From Oculatellaceae cyanobacterium bins.114 (GTDB lineage Bacteria > Cyanobacteriota > Cyanobacteriia > Elainellales > Elainellaceae): 64,000 bases of DNA. Each line of letters begins with the position of its first letter. Position 1 is the stretch's first letter. Where the stretch lies: the NCBI GenBank assembly GCA_033764315.1, contig JANRJA010000018.1:1-64000 (forward strand), in the 5' to 3' direction. The position numbers and the translations under genes were made by a program. A model generated the notes under the pieces. The model had not been told where the DNA came from and ran no database searches. It was given only the letters and a program-made list of their open reading frames with translations. Positions 60,884 to 64,000 of the stretch are shown here, in pieces.

Positions 60884-61012
60884 CTTAAACGACAATTATG
60901 CGGAAATAATCTATATAAGTAGTAGATTTGGGCGTTAGGCATGAATCATGCTGCCTATCTACCCCAAATTGGGATCTTAGGCAGAAAATTTCAGTCTAAT
61001 AACTTGTTAGGC
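60884..61012 (+). other. attC-like recombination site 1 (degenerate, 129 bp)
   Basis: CTTAAAC...GTTAGGC ends, partly complementary arms (ATTATGCGGAAA / TTTCAGTCTAAT), internal palindromes. Confidence 0.5.
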
Positions 61013-61139
61013 GCAATCATTGGAGAACTCTTTTAGAAGAGCGCAATTATTAACCCAGCAATCAAAGTCGTAAAGGAAGATTCAGTGCTTTAGGGGACTC
61101 CAAGCTAAAAAATGCTAGAACAACGGGTACCAATTTAAT

Positions 61140-61859
61140 ATGACAAATCCCAGCAAAGAATCTATTGCTGTCCAAATTTCGCCTTCAACTAAGACGGTTG
61201 GATTCTGGTCTGCGGTACTTGCTACAGCGTTCAGCATCACATACATCGTGGGACAATTTGCCGAATGGTTGGGACTAATGGGGTCTCAAGGAGGTCCCGC
61301 GAGTGGTAGTACGCCTTTTGGGCTGGTGGTATTGCTAACACCGTCACTCTTCCTTGGTTCCTCGTTTCTCGTGCTTGTCGTGAGCATTCACCAACTGACG
61401 CCTCCCGACAGAAGAATCTGGAGTCATGCTGCCGTTGTATTCGCTACCATTTACGCAGTCCTGATCAGCATTGTCTACTTTGTTCAGCTCACGCTCGTTG
61501 CACCTCGTGTTGCTCACGGGCAGATCGAAGGCATTGAGGCGTTTCTATTTGTGCCCTTCGATTCATTTCTGTATTCCGTGGATATTCTTGGGTACAGCTT
61601 CATGAGTGTGGCTACCTTGTTTGCTGCACAGGTATTTACGGGTAGCGGGTTATATCGGGTTGTGCGGTTGTTTCTGATCACAAATGGGTTGTTACTTCCC
61701 TTCATCGCGCTACAAATATATTTCCATTCGTTGATATGGGTTGCAGCACTTTGGGCAGTGACGTTTCCGGGATCAACGTGGACACTTGCTATCCTCTTTC
61801 GACGTACTGCAACTACAGGAACTATTCCTAACAGTTCGGTGGATGAGACTCAGGAGTAG
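61140..61859 (+). CDS. multi-TM hypothetical membrane protein (cassette 1)
   Basis: 239 aa, about 6 TM; no HIP1 site noticed; stop 17 bp before attC2. Confidence 0.85.
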   Translation: MTNPSKESIAVQISPSTKTVGFWSAVLATAFSITYIVGQFAEWLGLMGSQGGPASGSTPFGLVVLLTPSLFLGSSFLVLVVSIHQLTPPDRRIWSHAAVVFATIYAVLISIVYFVQLTLVAPRVAHGQIEGIEAFLFVPFDSFLYSVDILGYSFMSVATLFAAQVFTGSGLYRVVRLFLITNGLLLPFIALQIYFHSLIWVAALWAVTFPGSTWTLAILFRRTATTGTIPNSSVDETQE

Positions 61860-61876
61860 CAAAATAGTCGCCTTGC

Positions 61877-61963
61877 GCCTAACAACCGCGCTGCACCGGA
61901 ACGTTTCAGTATGGTCGGTTTGTTGCGAAGGTTGTTTGCGTCCGGTGAGCGCGACCGTTATGC
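61877..61963 (+). other. integron attC site (87 bp)
   Basis: R'' GCCTAAC, 5 nt, L'' CGCTGCAC ... L' GTGAGCG, 5 nt, R' GTTATGC; extended stem with one extrahelical base. Confidence 0.85.
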
Positions 61964-62113
61964 TGCCTCAAGTTATCTGTGGGAGCGCAAGCTGAAATCT
62001 CTCTGTGAGACACAGTGCCCAAGTAGCGATGAGTTTTTTGCTGAGACGCAATTGGGAGGTGATCGGTAAGCTACAATTCCTAATAGATTATTCTTTTCAT
62101 CGCAGGTTGGGTA

Positions 62114-62404
62114 GTGCGAAAACAGGAAGTCCTGACATTACTGGTAAAGCACCAAAACACGCTGAAGGATTTTGGCGTAAAGTCTCTGATGCTGTTCGGC
62201 TCAGTGGCAAGAGATGAAGCGCGAACAGACAGCGATGTTGATCTGCTAGTAGAGTTTGATCGTCCGGTCGGGCTGTTTGCCTTTGTACGCTTGAAACGAT
62301 ACCTGGAAGAGATTTTAGAGAGTTCAGTTGATCTGGGTACGCCCGACTCCCTCAAACCTTATTTACGAGAACCCATTTTTCGGGAGGCGATTCGTGCCTT
62401 CTAG
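62114..62404 (+). CDS. minimal nucleotidyltransferase antitoxin (MntA-like)
   Basis: FGSVARDEARTDSDVDLLVEF (GSX10DXD). Confidence 0.92.
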   Translation: MRKQEVLTLLVKHQNTLKDFGVKSLMLFGSVARDEARTDSDVDLLVEFDRPVGLFAFVRLKRYLEEILESSVDLGTPDSLKPYLREPIFREAIRAF

Positions 62405-62732
62405 AGATTGGCAAAATCGAGTAAGGGATGTACTAGCCGCGATCGCAGAAATCCGAGAGTTCACCAACGAAATAACCTTTGAGGAATTTCAGAGCGATCG
62501 CAAAACAATCAGAGCAGTTTTGTATAACTTTGCAATCATTGGTGAAGCAGTTCGTGGCATTCCGCCTGATGTAGAAGCGTTACATCCTGAAATTCCCTGG
62601 GACGATGTACGTGGAATGCGAAATATTGTGATTCACGAGTATTTTCAGGTGAATCTATCGATCATCTGGCAAACGATTCAAGAAGACATTGTTTTATTAG
62701 AGATCTCGCTTCGTCAACTAATAAACCCTTAA
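62394..62732 (+). CDS. HEPN/DUF86 RNase toxin (HepT-like)
   Basis: IIGEA, PEIPW, GMRNIVIHEY (RX4HXY); GTG overlapping the MNT stop. Confidence 0.92.
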   Translation: MPSRDWQNRVRDVLAAIAEIREFTNEITFEEFQSDRKTIRAVLYNFAIIGEAVRGIPPDVEALHPEIPWDDVRGMRNIVIHEYFQVNLSIIWQTIQEDIVLLEISLRQLINP

Positions 62733-62773
62733 GCCCGATTGATTACGCTGTTAACTTTAGTAGATGAGCTTAG

Positions 62774-63235
62774 ATGCAACAGTCAGAGGATGCGAATACA
62801 CCGAAACCATTGAGCCGAGTACAACGCTGGGAAATAGTACGAACTTTGCTACAACGTGAAAACTTGAGAATTGAGGCAAGAGAGGCATTTCGTCAGGCTT
62901 ATCCCAATGCCCCAGAGGAGATGCTAACAACGGCTGTTTTTCATACTTGCGTTGATGGAATTGGAGCCGCAATAGATTGGCTAGTTGATTTAGAACTATT
63001 TTTACGTGAACCGAGTCGAGAACTTGATATGGGTACCACATATTACCTGTTGTACCATCTTTACAATTGGTATCAGTTTCATGTATTGCTTCCAGATGGA
63101 AGGACAGGCGTGTTAGAACGTCTTAAAGAAATTAGGGAGTTGATTGCAGATGGAGAGATAGAGGCAATTCTTGCAACAGTTGAGGAGTTAGAAGCGATGT
63201 TTGAAGGTGGTCGAAATAATCCTGATTTTCAGTAA
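62774..63235 (+). CDS. hypothetical protein (cassette 2)
   Basis: 153-aa ORF; stop 6 bp before an R''-like ACATAAC. Confidence 0.75.
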   Translation: MQQSEDANTPKPLSRVQRWEIVRTLLQRENLRIEAREAFRQAYPNAPEEMLTTAVFHTCVDGIGAAIDWLVDLELFLREPSRELDMGTTYYLLYHLYNWYQFHVLLPDGRTGVLERLKEIRELIADGEIEAILATVEELEAMFEGGRNNPDFQ

Positions 63236-63241
63236 GCAGCA

Positions 63242-63268
63242 ACATAACATAGCCTCTGAGCCGGACGA
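63242..63268 (+). other. left half of a disrupted attC-like site 3
   Basis: ACATAAC-ATAGC-CTCTGAGCCGGACG resembles the attC2 left arm; no complementary right arm found. Confidence 0.55.
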
Positions 63269-63484
63269 GGTCAAGTAGATCTTGAAGAATTCTGTTCATT
63301 CTCATTGCTCATTACATACACAGACATGTTCATTTAACTGACTCTAAATATGGATTTACAGCATCTATTTTGGAGTCAGTTATTTTGTCTATTCGTGTTA
63401 TATTTTTTGGTGCTTTAGCGTCTTTTTACTTTGAATGGGAGTTAGGTTGCTGTGCTCATTCTCTTGCTTTAAGGATTGGCAATG

Positions 63485-64000
63485 TCATAGAGCTAATGGC
63501 TTAGCAATAGGAGATCCCTTGCGTTTTAAGGATGCAAGATATTTGGCTTCATCGTAGGCTTCCCGGTTCTTCCAACACCGAAACAAAATGCGAATCCACT
63601 TGAACGCCAGTGACCGCATCGCCGCGGGATGGGATTTGCCCTTAGACCGTTGCATCTGGTAATAAGCTTGTGCCCAGCCACAATGATGACGGCTGTGATT
63701 GGCCCACTCCACAAAGGTCTGTCTCAAGAAGATCGGACAACTCCAACGCCAATGCACCCAGTTCTTTTTGCCGCTACTCTCTTTAACCGGCGCAATACCG
63801 AAGTAGCACATCATCTGCTGGGCATTCTCAAAACGTGTCCTATCTTCTCCAAAAGCTGCCAGTAATCGCGGAGCCAGATGCTCTCCAGCCCCAGGTAGAG
63901 CCGCAAACCACGCCGCATCCGAAAAGCTGGTAAAGCACTGGTCAATTTTGAGCGTCAGTTCCACTAAGCTTGCCAACAGGGGCTTTAACTGACCGATCAA
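63485..64000 (-). mobile_element. IS110-family transposase/recombinase, C-terminal part (5' end outside the window)
   Basis: LPGAG..LA..LLA..G...RF, GIAPVKESSGK, AYYQ..R.KGK.H.AA.R.LAFKW.RIL (Transposase_20-type domain). Confidence 0.9.

Noticed and set aside
63242..63447. One intact long attC from ACATAAC to GTTAGGT
   Set aside because: 206 bp is longer than usual attC sites and the L boxes do not pair; kept only as an alternative explanation in the IS110 finding.
1..64000. Very frequent GCGATCGC octamer
   Set aside because: This is the known cyanobacterial HIP1 sequence; used only as a taxonomic clue.

Overview
Chromosomal window from a cyanobacterium. The HIP1 octamer GCGATCGC is very frequent, and the panC-cmk fusion, short hisG, cyanobacterial chorismate lyase and Uma2 genes fit; a filamentous Leptolyngbya/Oculatella-like host is a guess. 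Bases 1-41 kb are mostly housekeeping and envelope genes (tadA, plsC, glmM, panC/cmk, amino-acid and sugar ABC transporters, lnt, Ser/Thr kinase, hisG, MoxR, ribF, surE, pheS, ubiC). Bases 41-64 kb are more accessory: a SNF2-Uma2-SWIM operon; a sulfonate-type ABC operon with an AsfAB-like flavoprotein/ferredoxin pair, a MITE and a duplicated 29-bp candidate operator; and a sigma-like/DUF1822/CHAT-CHASE2/DUF928 signalling operon. The most striking structure is at 60.9-64 kb: an integron-type gene-cassette array with one attC of canonical geometry, cassette ends that are complementary to each other, an MNT-HEPN toxin-antitoxin cassette, and no integrase in the window. It ends in a broken attC next to an IS110-family transposase whose 3' non-coding region carries a segment matching the attC core. 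No rRNA, tRNA or CRISPR array was seen. All product calls come from motif recognition by eye, not database searches.
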